Part shown: positions 39,954 to 64,000 of the stretch, in pieces | Numbering within the stretch: position 1 is the stretch's first letter | Layout of the letters: each line of letters begins with the position of its first letter | Notes under the pieces: generated by a model | What the model saw: the letters and a program-made list of their open reading frames with translations, nothing else | Told to the model about the DNA's origin: nothing | Database searches by the model: none | Position numbers and translations under genes: made by a program | NCBI GenBank assembly: GCA_020137815.1 | Contig: CM035352.1 | Span: forward strand, 3,224,001 to 3,288,000 | Length of the DNA: 64,000 nucleotides | Direction: 5' to 3' | DNA from: Hormiphora californensis | Lineage: Eukaryota; Animalia; Ctenophora

Positions 39954-41755
39954 TTAAAATGGGGAAGGCAGCCTTACAAATTGGTCTGAAACATAATCGG
40001 TCTGAATTCTTAGAAAAACTAAAGTACACGGATTACGGGGGCCCGGATGAGACGCCCGTACCAGTACTGGCCAGGGGGAAATATAATTGAAACTGTTGGA
40101 CAAGGTTGGCTCATGATATATGAGCCTTATCTCAGTCTGTGAACCACAGATAACAGTGGGATAACAATATCTGTGTGTGATAACTCTAACAATTTGATGT
40201 ATACGTGGTACCCTCCACATACCCCTTGGTCCCCGGCCTACTCAACTGTTTTTGTCTCCTGGAGAGTGGGCAAAGTGTCTTGGATATCTGAGCTCCTAAC
40301 ACAGTCAATAACAAGATAGCCAGTGCTATACTCAAAACACTAAATAGTTTGATTTCTAGCCGGGTGAAGGGTCTACCAGGTAGGGTTCTACCGTCTAGCT
40401 CTGTTGTAGGGTGGAGGTCTGTATAATCGGCCGAGTTGCACAGGTCTTCTTCACACCACGTCACCTGCAAGGGGATCAGACAGAGGGTTTTGTGTCATTC
40501 AGTCACCTAAGGGTAGATAGGTAACCTTTTCAGTTTTGAATCACACATGCAAGAAATGCCACTGGGCTGTAGGGGACACGTTCATATCCTGAGGCAGCAC
40601 GATTCCAAATCACAATATCTACTGGACTCCATGCATTCTCGAGGTCATACCGCTTTCGATACAAACCAAATTGAGAAGAAATTGCACTTGGTCACAATGT
40701 GACTGGTTGGGATCACATGCACCTGAGGTCACTCGACCAAACACAATGCGGCTCCTGTCCTCAGAGAGACTGTCTTGTTCGGTCCGGATTGGTACCGAAG
40801 TGGGGTAGCGGTAACGCATTGCGTTGAGCAGAGACTTTGTAACGGGTTTATCGACTAATGGGAGGGAGTGTGCTTGTAAGCACTGTTATCAACTCATGAC
40901 TCAGATGGATCTTGTTAGACGAGGGTGTATGTGGTGAAGGGGTGGAGACAAGAGGGGGTATGTTGAGTGGGCCCGCCTTTTTCCCCGGTTTTTTCCCGAA
41001 GGGGGGAGGGCCCCCTTTTGGCTACAAGCTTTTAACATTATAACCCCTAAAAAAAGAGGGGGGGGGTAACCGGGTTTTAAACTCTTTAAAAAGTGGGGTT
41101 TGTTAGGGGGGGGGTTTAAGGGGGGAAAAGAGGGGGGTTTTGGGGAAAGGGGGGGAAAGAAAGAGGGGGTGTTTAAGGGGGGAAAAAAAGGGGGTATTTG
41201 GGTAAGGGGTGGAAAAAAAAAAGGGGGGGGGGGAAAAGGGGTGGGGGGGGGGGTTTTTGAAAAAAAAGGGGGGAAAGGGGGAGGGAAGGGGGGGGAAAAA
41301 GGGGGGGGTTTTTTTAAGGGGGGGGTAAAAAAGGGGGGGGGGGGAAAAAAAGAGGGGGGGTGGTGGGGAAAAGGGGGGGGGGGTTTAGAATGGGGGGGGG
41401 GGGGGGGAAAGGGGTAAAGAAAAAAGGGGGGGGGTTTTTTTATAAGGGGGGAAAAGGGGGGGGTGTTGAGAAGGGGTTTTGGGAAAAGGGGGGGTTTTTG
41501 GGGGTTTTTTAAAGGGGTGGAAAAGGGGGGGGGTATTGGGGGAAAAGGGGGGGAAAGGGGGGGGGGGTGTTGAGTAAGGGGGGGGGAAAAAAGGGGGTAT
41601 TTGGGGGAAGGGGTGGAAAAGAGGGGGATTTGAGAAGGGGTGGAGAAAAGGGGGGGGGTGGGGTAAGGGGTGGGAAAGAGGGGGGGGGTTGGTAAGGGGT
41701 GGGAAAGGGGGGGGTTTTTAAAGGGGTGGAAAGGGGGGGGGGGGGGGGGGGGGTG

Positions 41756-41801
<46 letters not shown>

Positions 41802-44065
41802 GGGTGGGGGGGGGGGGGGGTGGGGGGGGGGGGGGGGGGGGGGGGAGGGGGGGTGGGGGGGGTTTTGGGGGGGGGGGGGGGGGGGGGGTTTGGGGGGTGG
41901 GGGGGGGGTGTGGGGGGGGGTGGGGAGGGGGGGGTGGGGGGGGGGGGGGGGGGTTTGGGGGGGGGTGGGGGGGGGGGGGGGGGGAAAAAAAAAGGGGGGG
42001 GGAGGGGGGGGAGGGGGGGGGGGGGTTTTGGGGGGGTGGGGGGGGGTGTTGGGGGGGGTGGGGGGGGGTTTTTTTTGGGGGGTGGGGGGGGGGGGGTGGG
42101 GTGGGGGGGGGGGGGGGGTGGGGGGGGGGTTTTGGGGGGGGGGGGGGGTTTGGTGGGGTTTGGGGGGGGGGGGGGGGGGGGGGGGTTTGGGGGGGGGGGG
42201 GGGGGGTTTTGGTGTGGGGTGGGGGGGGGGTGTTTGGGGGTGGGGGGGGGGGTTTTTGGTGGGGTGGAGGGGAAAGGGGGGGGGTGGGGGGGGGGTAGGG
42301 GGGGGTGGGGGGGGTTAGTTGAAAGGGGGGGGAAAGGGGGGATTAAGGGGTGTGGGGGGTTGGTGGGGGTGGAGAAGGGGGGGGGGGTTTGGGGGTTGGG
42401 GTGGGGGGGGGGTGGGTGGGGTAAGGGGGGGGGGTGGGTTGGGGTGGGGGGGGAGATGGGGGGTTTTTGGTAAGGGGGAAAAAAGGGGTTGGGGGCCCCT
42501 TGGGGGGGAAAGGGGGGGGTTTAAAGGGGAAAAGGGGGGAGAGGACTGGGGTTGAGGGGAGGGGGGGGGAGTGGGTTAAGGGGGGGGAGGGGGGGGGGAA
42601 AAAGGGTGGGTGGGGGAGAGGGGGGGAAGAAAAAGGGGGGGGAGGTGTGGTGAGGGGGGGAGGGGTACTCAAGAGTCCCCATGATTGGCTGGGAAAACCA
42701 AACTTTCGCCCCCCCCCACCACCCACCCACTCTTCTCGGGTTTGGGCCCAAGAAAACAAGGGGTGGGGTAGGGTTTGTGATTGGGAGGGATACTGAACTG
42801 AGTTGTTGAGGGGTGGTGATAGGGAGGGTAGTTTTGTGACTGGGAAGTGGGATGGAGACTACTAGAGTAGTATGTAGTACTATAGTCCCAGGCCATTTAT
42901 AGTCTCATACTAGTGGCCTGGGAGGGAGACTAGTGGCCTGGGAGGGAGACTAGTGGCCTGGGAGGGAGACTAGTGACCTGGGAGGGAGTATAGTGGCCTG
43001 GGAGGGAGACTAGTGTCCTGGGAGGGAGACTAGTCACTAGTGGCCTGGGAGGGAGACTAGTGGCCTGGGAGGGAGACTAGTGACCTGGGAGGGAGACTAG
43101 TGACCTGGGAGGGAGACTAGTGGTCTGGGAGGGAGACGAGTGGTCTGGGAGGGAGACGAGTGGTCTGGGAGGGAGACGAGTGGTCTGGGAGGGAGACTAG
43201 TGACCTGGGAGGGAGACTAGTGACCTGGGAGGGAGACTAGTGACCTGGGAGGGAGACGAGTGGTCTGGGAGCGAGACTAGTGACCTGGGAGGGAGACTAG
43301 TGACCTGGGAGGGAGACTAGTGACCTGGGAGGGAGACTAGTGACCTGGGAGGGAGACTAGTGACCTGGGAGGGAGACTAGTGACCTGGGAGGGAGACGAG
43401 TGGTCTGGGAGGGAGACTAGTGACCTGGGAGGGAGACTAGTGACCTGGGAGGGAGACTAGTGACCTGGGAGGGAGACGAGTGGTCTGGGAGGGAGACTAG
43501 TGACCTGGGAGGGAGACTAGTGACCTGGGAGGGAGACTAGTGACCTGGGAGGGAGACTAGTGACCTGGGAGGGAGACTAGTGACCTGGGAGGGAGACTAG
43601 TGACCTGGGAGGGAGACGAGTGGTCTGGGAGGGAGACTAGTGACCTGGGAGGGAGACTAGTGACCTGGGAGGGAGACTAGTGACCTGGGAGGGAGACTAG
43701 TGGCCTTGGAGAGAGACTCAGGCCGGCCGGCCTTGGGAAAGTCGCATCAAGGTCATAATTAATATCAGGACTAGTGTATTGTGTGAGTGGAAACCTCCCA
43801 ATCCCATCGGCCATCCGTGCCAGCCACCAACCTTAGGGACCAACTTACAAAATGTACCCGGGATTCACCTGTATGGCGGCGCCCATACCCCAATTTGATG
43901 GGTCGCGGCGCCAGACAGGGAATAAGGATTCACCTGATTGTAAATTTCTGGTTTGGTAGCTTCCAATCCAATCATGCCAGTCTCATGATAGACCATGAAA
44001 CACTCGTAACAGGACAGTCCTTGGACAATGGTGTGTAGAAGAGGGAAAATGAGCCATCGTAACAT
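39954..44065 (-). CDS. Single-pass membrane protein with Ly6/uPAR / TGF-beta-receptor-like three-finger ectodomain, no kinase
   Basis: Exon 43869-44065: signal peptide + LSCYEC. Exon ~40525-40854 (frame-disrupted). Exon from ~40466: VTWCEEDLCN, then a TM helix (LFSVLSIALAILLLTVLG) and a short tail. The internal structure is obscured by poor sequence. Confidence 0.55.
40920..42790. repeat. G-rich low-complexity tract, likely a mis-called minisatellite
   Basis: Remnants of a ~30-bp unit (gggtatgttgagtaaggggtggagacaagag-like) degrading into poly-G. Confidence 0.6.
42909..43720. repeat. 20-bp minisatellite, ~40 copies
   Basis: Unit ACTAGTGACCTGGGAGGGAG, with variants ACGAGTGGTC and ACTAGTGGCC. 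Confidence 0.95.
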
Positions 44066-45152
44066 GTTCCTTTTAGTAAATTATAGTGTTAAATGAAGTA
44101 TGAACGTTTGTAGACTGGCGCGTTATGAAGTTGGCTGTTCCCAGCGCGAGCTGGGGACAGCCAACTGGAGTTTAATCGCCCGGCAGGGCGATTAAACTGG
44201 TTTAAATCCCGACTCCGATCCCGAGGCGCCAGCCGAGGGTGAGGGGGAGGTGATTTAAACCTATAACGCGATAGGCTAACAAACGTTCATATTTTATGAA
44301 ACCCGATAGTAATTACACACAAATAAGAGACACAACACAAGGTGAAACACACTAGAACTGCTGGCAAATAGTCAACAGACACTCTGAAAATGTGTGTAGA
44401 CTTAGTGTCTACTGTTCCTAACATGTTTGAGAAAGAGAGAGAAAGATTAGGGGCAATACACACTGTCAGAGGTAATGAACAGTAAAAGAGACAATGAGAG
44501 AGAGAAATGAATGGAATGTGATTCTTTTCACTCCTTATGAGAGAGATAACAGTGAAACGTGTTGCAGACATGTTTCCCCTTTCTTTTGTTGACAGAACTG
44601 TGTGTTTACACACATTTTCAATACTTAGAATTTTACACGCATGTTATTCAAATGAAGAGAAACGCGTGAAAAAGGACACTGGCCTGATAAATCGCGAGCA
44701 GGGTGTTAAATCCCCCAGCTAGCAGTTATCATGAGCGCGCAAAATCTTCAAACGACTGATAAATCAACCATCGGGTTTCATATCTGAATGTTAAATCTTC
44801 TCACAGAACTATCTGGCGGCACCGAACCGTTCTGAGCAGTGAGCCTGTCTGGCGGCACCGAACCGTTCTGAGCGCACTCATTTGAAAATCTAAACGGGGT
44901 TTGGCGTGGCCAGACAGTATGGTCGGGGGAATACCGTATACTTTTCTAAACTCTCTACGCATACTCATAGCAAGGTTCTGCCCTACCGAGTCTAAAGCCA
45001 GGAGCATACTGCATGTCAGTTGTTCCAAACTTTTTTGTTGTTGCAAATCAAAACACAGAGATTTCCAAATGGGAACATGTCAAAGTAAAATGTTTATTTC
45101 AACTCTTCTTTTCTCAAACAATACGAACAATTACACATTTTGCTCATCAAAA

Positions 45153-46153
45153 TAGTCAGGTCATATGATGTTAGATTTTCGGCATAATTGTTATAAAGCT
45201 AATTCCACTTCTAGGAGGTCCTATTGGGTCCCTAGAACCACCAAAAAAAATGGTCGCGGTTTGTCGGATGAAGAAGTTGGGTTTCCGGGCCGCGCCCTTT
45301 CACCTGTATTTTCAGGCTGTAGCCAAAAACATAAATCTTCTTAGAATAGGAGTAGAGAAAAATCCAGGGGCACTAAAGTGATCAGCGTCCTCGCATTAGT
45401 GGGGGTAGGTGCCGGAATTAAGTCTCTATCTCATCTGGTTAATTAGATAATTGGATAATTAGGTTTGCGCATAACCGTTTTTTGGCTATACGGCTATAGC
45501 CACTTAGGAATGGTTTAGAGACTTTTCACTGGTGCCATTTTGTTCAGAACGAAATTTTAATCTAAGAGTTGTGGAAAAATTTAGGGCCTATCTCTTACCG
45601 TTTTGGCGTTATGTGCGGTAAACGAATGCCAATTAACTCAATTTTTGGCTTTTTCGACTAATTTGGCATTCGTTTACCGCACATAAAGCCAAAACGGTAA
45701 GAGATAGGCCCTAAATTTTTCCACAACTCTTAGATTAAAATTTCGTTCTGAACAAAATGGCACCAGTGAAAAGTCTTTAAACCATTCCTAAGTGGCTATA
45801 GCCGTATAGCCAAAAAACGGTTATGCGGCAAACCTAATTATCCAATTATCTAATTAACCAGACGAGATAGAGACATAATTCCGGCACCTACCCCCACTAA
45901 TGCGAGGACGCTGATCACTTTAGTGCCCCTGGATTTTTCTCTACTCCTATTCTAAGAAGATTTATGTTTTTGGCTACAGCCTGAAAATACAGGTGAAAGG
46001 GCGCGGCCCGGAAACCCAACTTCTTCATCCGACAAACCGCGACCATTTTTTTTGGTGGTTCTAGGGACCCAATAGGACCTCCTAGAAGTGGAATTAGCTT
46101 TATAACAATTATGCCGAAAATCACCATGAAATTGACATCATATGCCCTGACTA
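45153..46153. mobile_element. ~1-kb near-perfect palindrome (foldback element)
   Basis: tagtcagg.catatgatgt ... acatcatatg.cctgacta; arms ~480 bp, loop ~45634-45660. Confidence 0.88.
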
Positions 46154-46816
46154 AAAATACAAACACGCAGAGAGAGAGAGCTAGCTGTTTGTCGGCGACA
46201 GACCCCGATTTGACAGTGCGCTCAAATCTGTTCCGCGGCTCCAGACAGAGAGTGAGGGGAGAGAGTTATAAATTTAGATAAAACAGCCCTAGCAACATTT
46301 ACATACGGAGCTAGAAAAAAAGAGAAAGTAGTACCAGATGGTGTAACAAGGACAACAATACGGTGTGTGCCCCGACCTTGTATAACTATTACTAGACACT
46401 AACGTAGGCATTGTCCTCCCTCTCATTATCTCTCTCTCTCTCTCTCTCACTTTCTTTTTCTCTTGCACACCATCTCTTTTTTCTGAACTTTATTTCTCTC
46501 CCATTGTTCGAGAGTCTGTACAAAACAGGCGGACTCTGCCAAGAGTGGGCATGGTAAACACTAAACAGAGAAGTTAATGTCTATCAATTAACATAATTAA
46601 ACCTAATAAATAACCGTATGCATCTATTTTTTAGACCTGAGTCTATCTACCCTCCTGCTAGTTATAATAGTGGTGAGACCAAAATAAGAAAATGAAGACA
46701 TCTATAAATAAGTGATGACCAAAGCTTTCTCAAGAATGACTATTTTCTCAGGTCCATACTTCCGTGAGACACTTTTGATAAGCTGATGATCTCTATAACT
46801 AAGAGAGAGAGAGAGA

Positions 46817-46910
<94 letters not shown>

Positions 46911-47731
46911 GAGAGAGAAAGGGGGGGGGGGAGAGAAATAGAGAGTAAGACGGAAAGAAATAGAAAGATATTAATTAGCGATGACAGACATTGAATGATT
47001 CTTTACACCACACACAATCAATGACAATACACATTGATAATTTGAGTGTATTTTTGACCGGATGTACAAACCAGAAAGATCATATCATAGAGAGAAAGTA
47101 AAAAAAGAGGGAGATTGATAACGAAAAGCAAATGAAAAGAAGAGAGAGAGTCGACTGTCGAGAGAGGGAGAGAGAGATGAGAGAGAGAGAGAGAGAAGCA
47201 GACAGAGCGAGAGAGAGAGAGCGAGAGACAGACAGAGAAAGTAATTAATCCTAATCAAACACCAGCAACGGGTTGCACTTGGTAATAACATCTCTTTATT
47301 AGTGTTGTTGCAGAGTGCTACTAGCTGCTACCTTCCCACCACTACAGTTTCATAACAGAGCCCCCGAGAGAGAAGGTGGCAAAACTCTGTTACAACTGTT
47401 ACAAATACGAATTATCGTGGACAGAGGCTTGAATGACAAGGAAAAAAAAGAAATTAAAAAACGAAACAGAAAAAAGAGATTTTGGAAGAAAACAGGAGGG
47501 AGAGCGAAGATATTTTGGAAAAAAAACAGGAGGGAGAGATTGAAGTTGGTCTGAAGTGTACTTTTAGAACATATTTTGCTCGACCAGAAGCTGTAAATTA
47601 AAAGTTAAATTCCTTTTCGGTAAGCTCTGGCACCTAGAAGTAGAAATTGTATACTTAAAAAAGTTGAAATGATTTTTACTTTTTCAGAATTTTGTCTGAA
47701 AGCTGAACTTCGAAATAGGGGGTCTTCCGAT

Positions 47732-48225
47732 ATACAGCCGGACCCCGATTTACCAGAACTATTATTTACAAACCCTTTCCCCGAGCATCCCGCATACCGG
47801 TAAATCGGGGCCCGACTGGTCCGACTGTATTGTCAGTACACTTGATTTTGGGGTACTTTCCGCACTGAAAAGCACTGCAAATCTGCTGTTTGGTTTGGCG
47901 CCTGGCTCAAGTGCAAATCTGCTGTTGTTGACTAAAGAACTACCACAGACAATTTAGTATTCGCACTCCCAGTGGTAGTTCTTTAGTAAAAAACAGCAGA
48001 TTCGGAGTATTTTTCAGTGGGTCAGTGAGGAAAGTACCCCAAAATCAAGTACAGTCGGACCCCGATTTACCGGGATGCTCGGGGGAAAGGATTTTGCCCG
48101 GTAAATCGGGGTGCCCGGTATATCGGGGTCAAATCCCATTAATTTCCTATATCGGGGGAAATTTATCCTCCCGGTAAATCGGGGTTCCGGTAAATCGGGG
48201 CCCGGTAAATCGGGGTCCGACTGTA
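47732..48225. mobile_element. Cluster of MITEs: Tc1/mariner-like TA|CAGTCGGACCCCG family (47732-47830, 48050-48225) flanking another inverted-repeat element (~47837-48052)
   Basis: tacagtcggaccccgatttacc...ggtaaatcggggtccgactgta; cttgattttggggtactttcc...ggaaagtaccccaaaatcaag. Related fragments near 26822 and 33284. Confidence 0.85.
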
Positions 48226-49157
48226 TGTTCTAACGGGGTTCTAACAATATTTATCGGAATACCTCTTTTTGTCTCGAACAACCAGACAAAATGCTCATAA
48301 AACAGAGTAAGGAGTAAAACTAAAATAAGTCAGCCTTCTAGCCTGAGCGTGACCAGTGAGCATCATAATATTCGAAACTTTCCATCCAATTTCAAATATA
48401 TAATATGGTTCATATTATTTGAAATTGAATATGGCAATAACTAATGTGGAAGACACATTAGTTTTACTAATATGCGTATAATATGTAGTGGTATGAATAA
48501 CTCTCAAAAAATATGGCTCATAAAACTCTATTATAAGTTTCTATTTTCAATAGGAGGTTGCTTCAACTTGCACTATTAATGACGATAAAAAAATTAGCAG
48601 CTGCAACTTTGCTCAAAATATATAAGTGCACTCTCTCTCCCTCTCTCCTTCTATACTGTAGTACTCGGAGAAGCACTAAACTCGGAGTGCTTGTGCCGTA
48701 TAAGTAATGTATGACAGTTGTAATAGCTCTGATATAATGGGCGTTAAATCGTCGCTTCATCTCTCTCACTCCATCCCTCTCTCACACACACGTTCTCTCT
48801 TTCCCTCAATACAACCTCCTCCCCTCTCCTTATGAACAAGCCCCTCTCCTTATGAACAAGCCAGCAGTTACAAATTGGGCATCAAACCGTGAACTCTAAA
48901 ACTCTAATTACAAAATGAGGCAGCAAAATAAAATTATCTGGCGTGCAGTGGTATCACAAATCTCCTTCACGCCATTTTCTGCTCAAAAAGAAAAAATCAA
49001 AATGCTCAACTCCTCCTTTCACGGTTTATTTTCATTTCAACAGACAACAAACAAGATAAACATGGGTCCATAACGCCCGGGCCCGTACCTTCTCCCTCGG
49101 ATCACAACTCCGCAACAGATAAACAACTCAAAGTCACATAATACTGATATATTCCCC

Positions 49158-62652
<13,495 letters not shown>

Positions 62653-64000
62653 CGCTTGACAATAGAAGAGAGATATTAGTTTTTGAAATGTTGGGGACTT
62701 TTTCAAGGGACAGGCATCCAATATTTTGATTTTTTTCAAATGAATGTCTCCGGTTTCTGATATAGTTACAAATTTATCCGGATTGCGTTGAGAAATCTTT
62801 CCAGTGCGGCCGGGCAACCATGGTTTATTTCCATACGCTTTTGGGAAGTCGTTCGAGGCCCGAGAGGGGAATGGAAAAAAAACCAAAAATCGTGCGAAAA
62901 TTTCACTCGCGACTAAAAATTTCTGCAATTATACAAGAATGAAATGCGAATATACGGACGTACCAATATCGGCAATAATCAACGCGCATGAAGAATACTC
63001 GGCCGCGACATGGTCACCACCTTTTGAGTGACGAAGCGACTGTCGGACGTAACACTCAAATTGCACAGAGAAAAGAATTACATTCAATAAAATCTGTTGC
63101 CATTCAAACTCAAGACATTCCCCATAAATTCTTCTCAGAATGATGCAAGAGATCTCATAAGACTAGTCTTCTGCACCGTTTCTTGTTCTGTAGGACTATG
63201 CCTCCTAGTTTGCCAGGTTGCACAAAAAATAGACATAGAAACTGTTTCAATTTATTTTAGAGTCTCTCCATCATTTATTCGGTCTCAACTTGTCTGGTCG
63301 TCACAAGCCATTGATAACCTTGTCACACGCTACAGTTTCATGTGCACACCACCTCTTCACCAGGAAAAGTGAGAATAAACAATTTCTTTTGGCAGTTGCT
63401 TGCATCCATAGATGACCAGCAATTTTGAGCGGATTCATTGCTGTCAATCAATTATCTTCACAGCGCTTGAAGTTTCTAATTCTCTAAACTATTTCCGTGG
63501 TCATTGGGTTGGTCAATTACCTTGTTGGCGATGAAAGCTAAACCATTATGCATTTGGGTCTAAGTGGATATTGTGTTATTGATTTCGCACTAGATTATTT
63601 ACCACTGCGCCTGTCAACATATCTGTTCCAATGGACAGGCTCCAAGTGACAAATTTGACAAGAATAGCTGTTATACATCCAGTCCTGTGCAGCTCAGCAC
63701 TGTTAACTATGGTTTAGTTTTTTTACACTGGCTGTAATAGTTCAAAGTGACAAAATCTTGACAAGCTGCTGTTTTTAACATCCAGGTCCTGGCACACTAA
63801 CTCACTGTTAACTATGGCTTTAGTTTTACTTCAGCATGGTTGAATTGTTATGTTTTGCAACTTACATTTTTCAAATCTATTCAGACTTAGTAATTAGTAT
63901 GAGCTGTCTGGCGGAGTCTGTCTGTTCGGCACTTTAAGCGCCTCGCGAAAGCTCACACCGGGCCGAAGGCCCGGTGTGAGAGCTGACAGGCAAGGAACAT

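Noticed and set aside
41100-42760. Glycine-rich structural protein ORFs
   Set aside because: Poly-G tract with no codon structure; most likely a mis-called minisatellite.
42909-43720. CRISPR-like regular repeat
   Set aside because: Head-to-tail units with no unique spacers, no cas genes, eukaryotic intron context.
45330-45381. 2A-like peptide LLRIGVEKNPGA (mirrored at ~45915-45965)
   Set aside because: Lacks the D and final P of DxExNPGP, is followed by a stop, and lies in a non-coding palindromic element.
46500-47440. Possible + strand exons at ~46510, ~46752 and ~47314
   Set aside because: Splice-like signals are present, but I could not build a consistent frame or recognise a product.
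63060-63900. Possible coding remnant upstream of MIB2
   Set aside because: Multiple stops in all frames examined and no recognisable motif; includes a noisy ~130-bp duplication.

Overview
Eukaryotic animal genomic DNA with GT-AG introns, many (GA)n microsatellites and non-autonomous DNA transposons. It is probably from a ctenophore (Pleurobrachia-like); this is inferred from my recollection of the CAGGAACCGACCGAA and TACAGTCGGACCCCG MITE families, not from a search. Left part: the 3' end of an unknown + strand gene, then five tightly packed minus-strand genes (FBXL4, a GNAT acetyltransferase, NDUFAF2, ORC2, AIP) separated by only 130-357 bp. Each has an unpaired 3' splice acceptor just upstream of its ATG, which makes this a candidate SL-trans-spliced operon. 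An intronless cathepsin-ShKT gene is nested on the same strand in an ORC2 intron. Middle: a long + strand sestrin gene (~17.1-37.2 kb) with TE-rich introns and homopolymer-degraded, partly duplicated low-quality assembly, followed by a Ly6/three-finger-like single-pass membrane gene. Right part: a mind bomb E3 ligase with a MIB2-type N-terminus and three RING fingers, carrying a second same-strand nested intronless gene (PAN/ricin-like membrane protein). About 28-36 kb and 41-42.8 kb look error-rich, and most ORFs there are artefacts.
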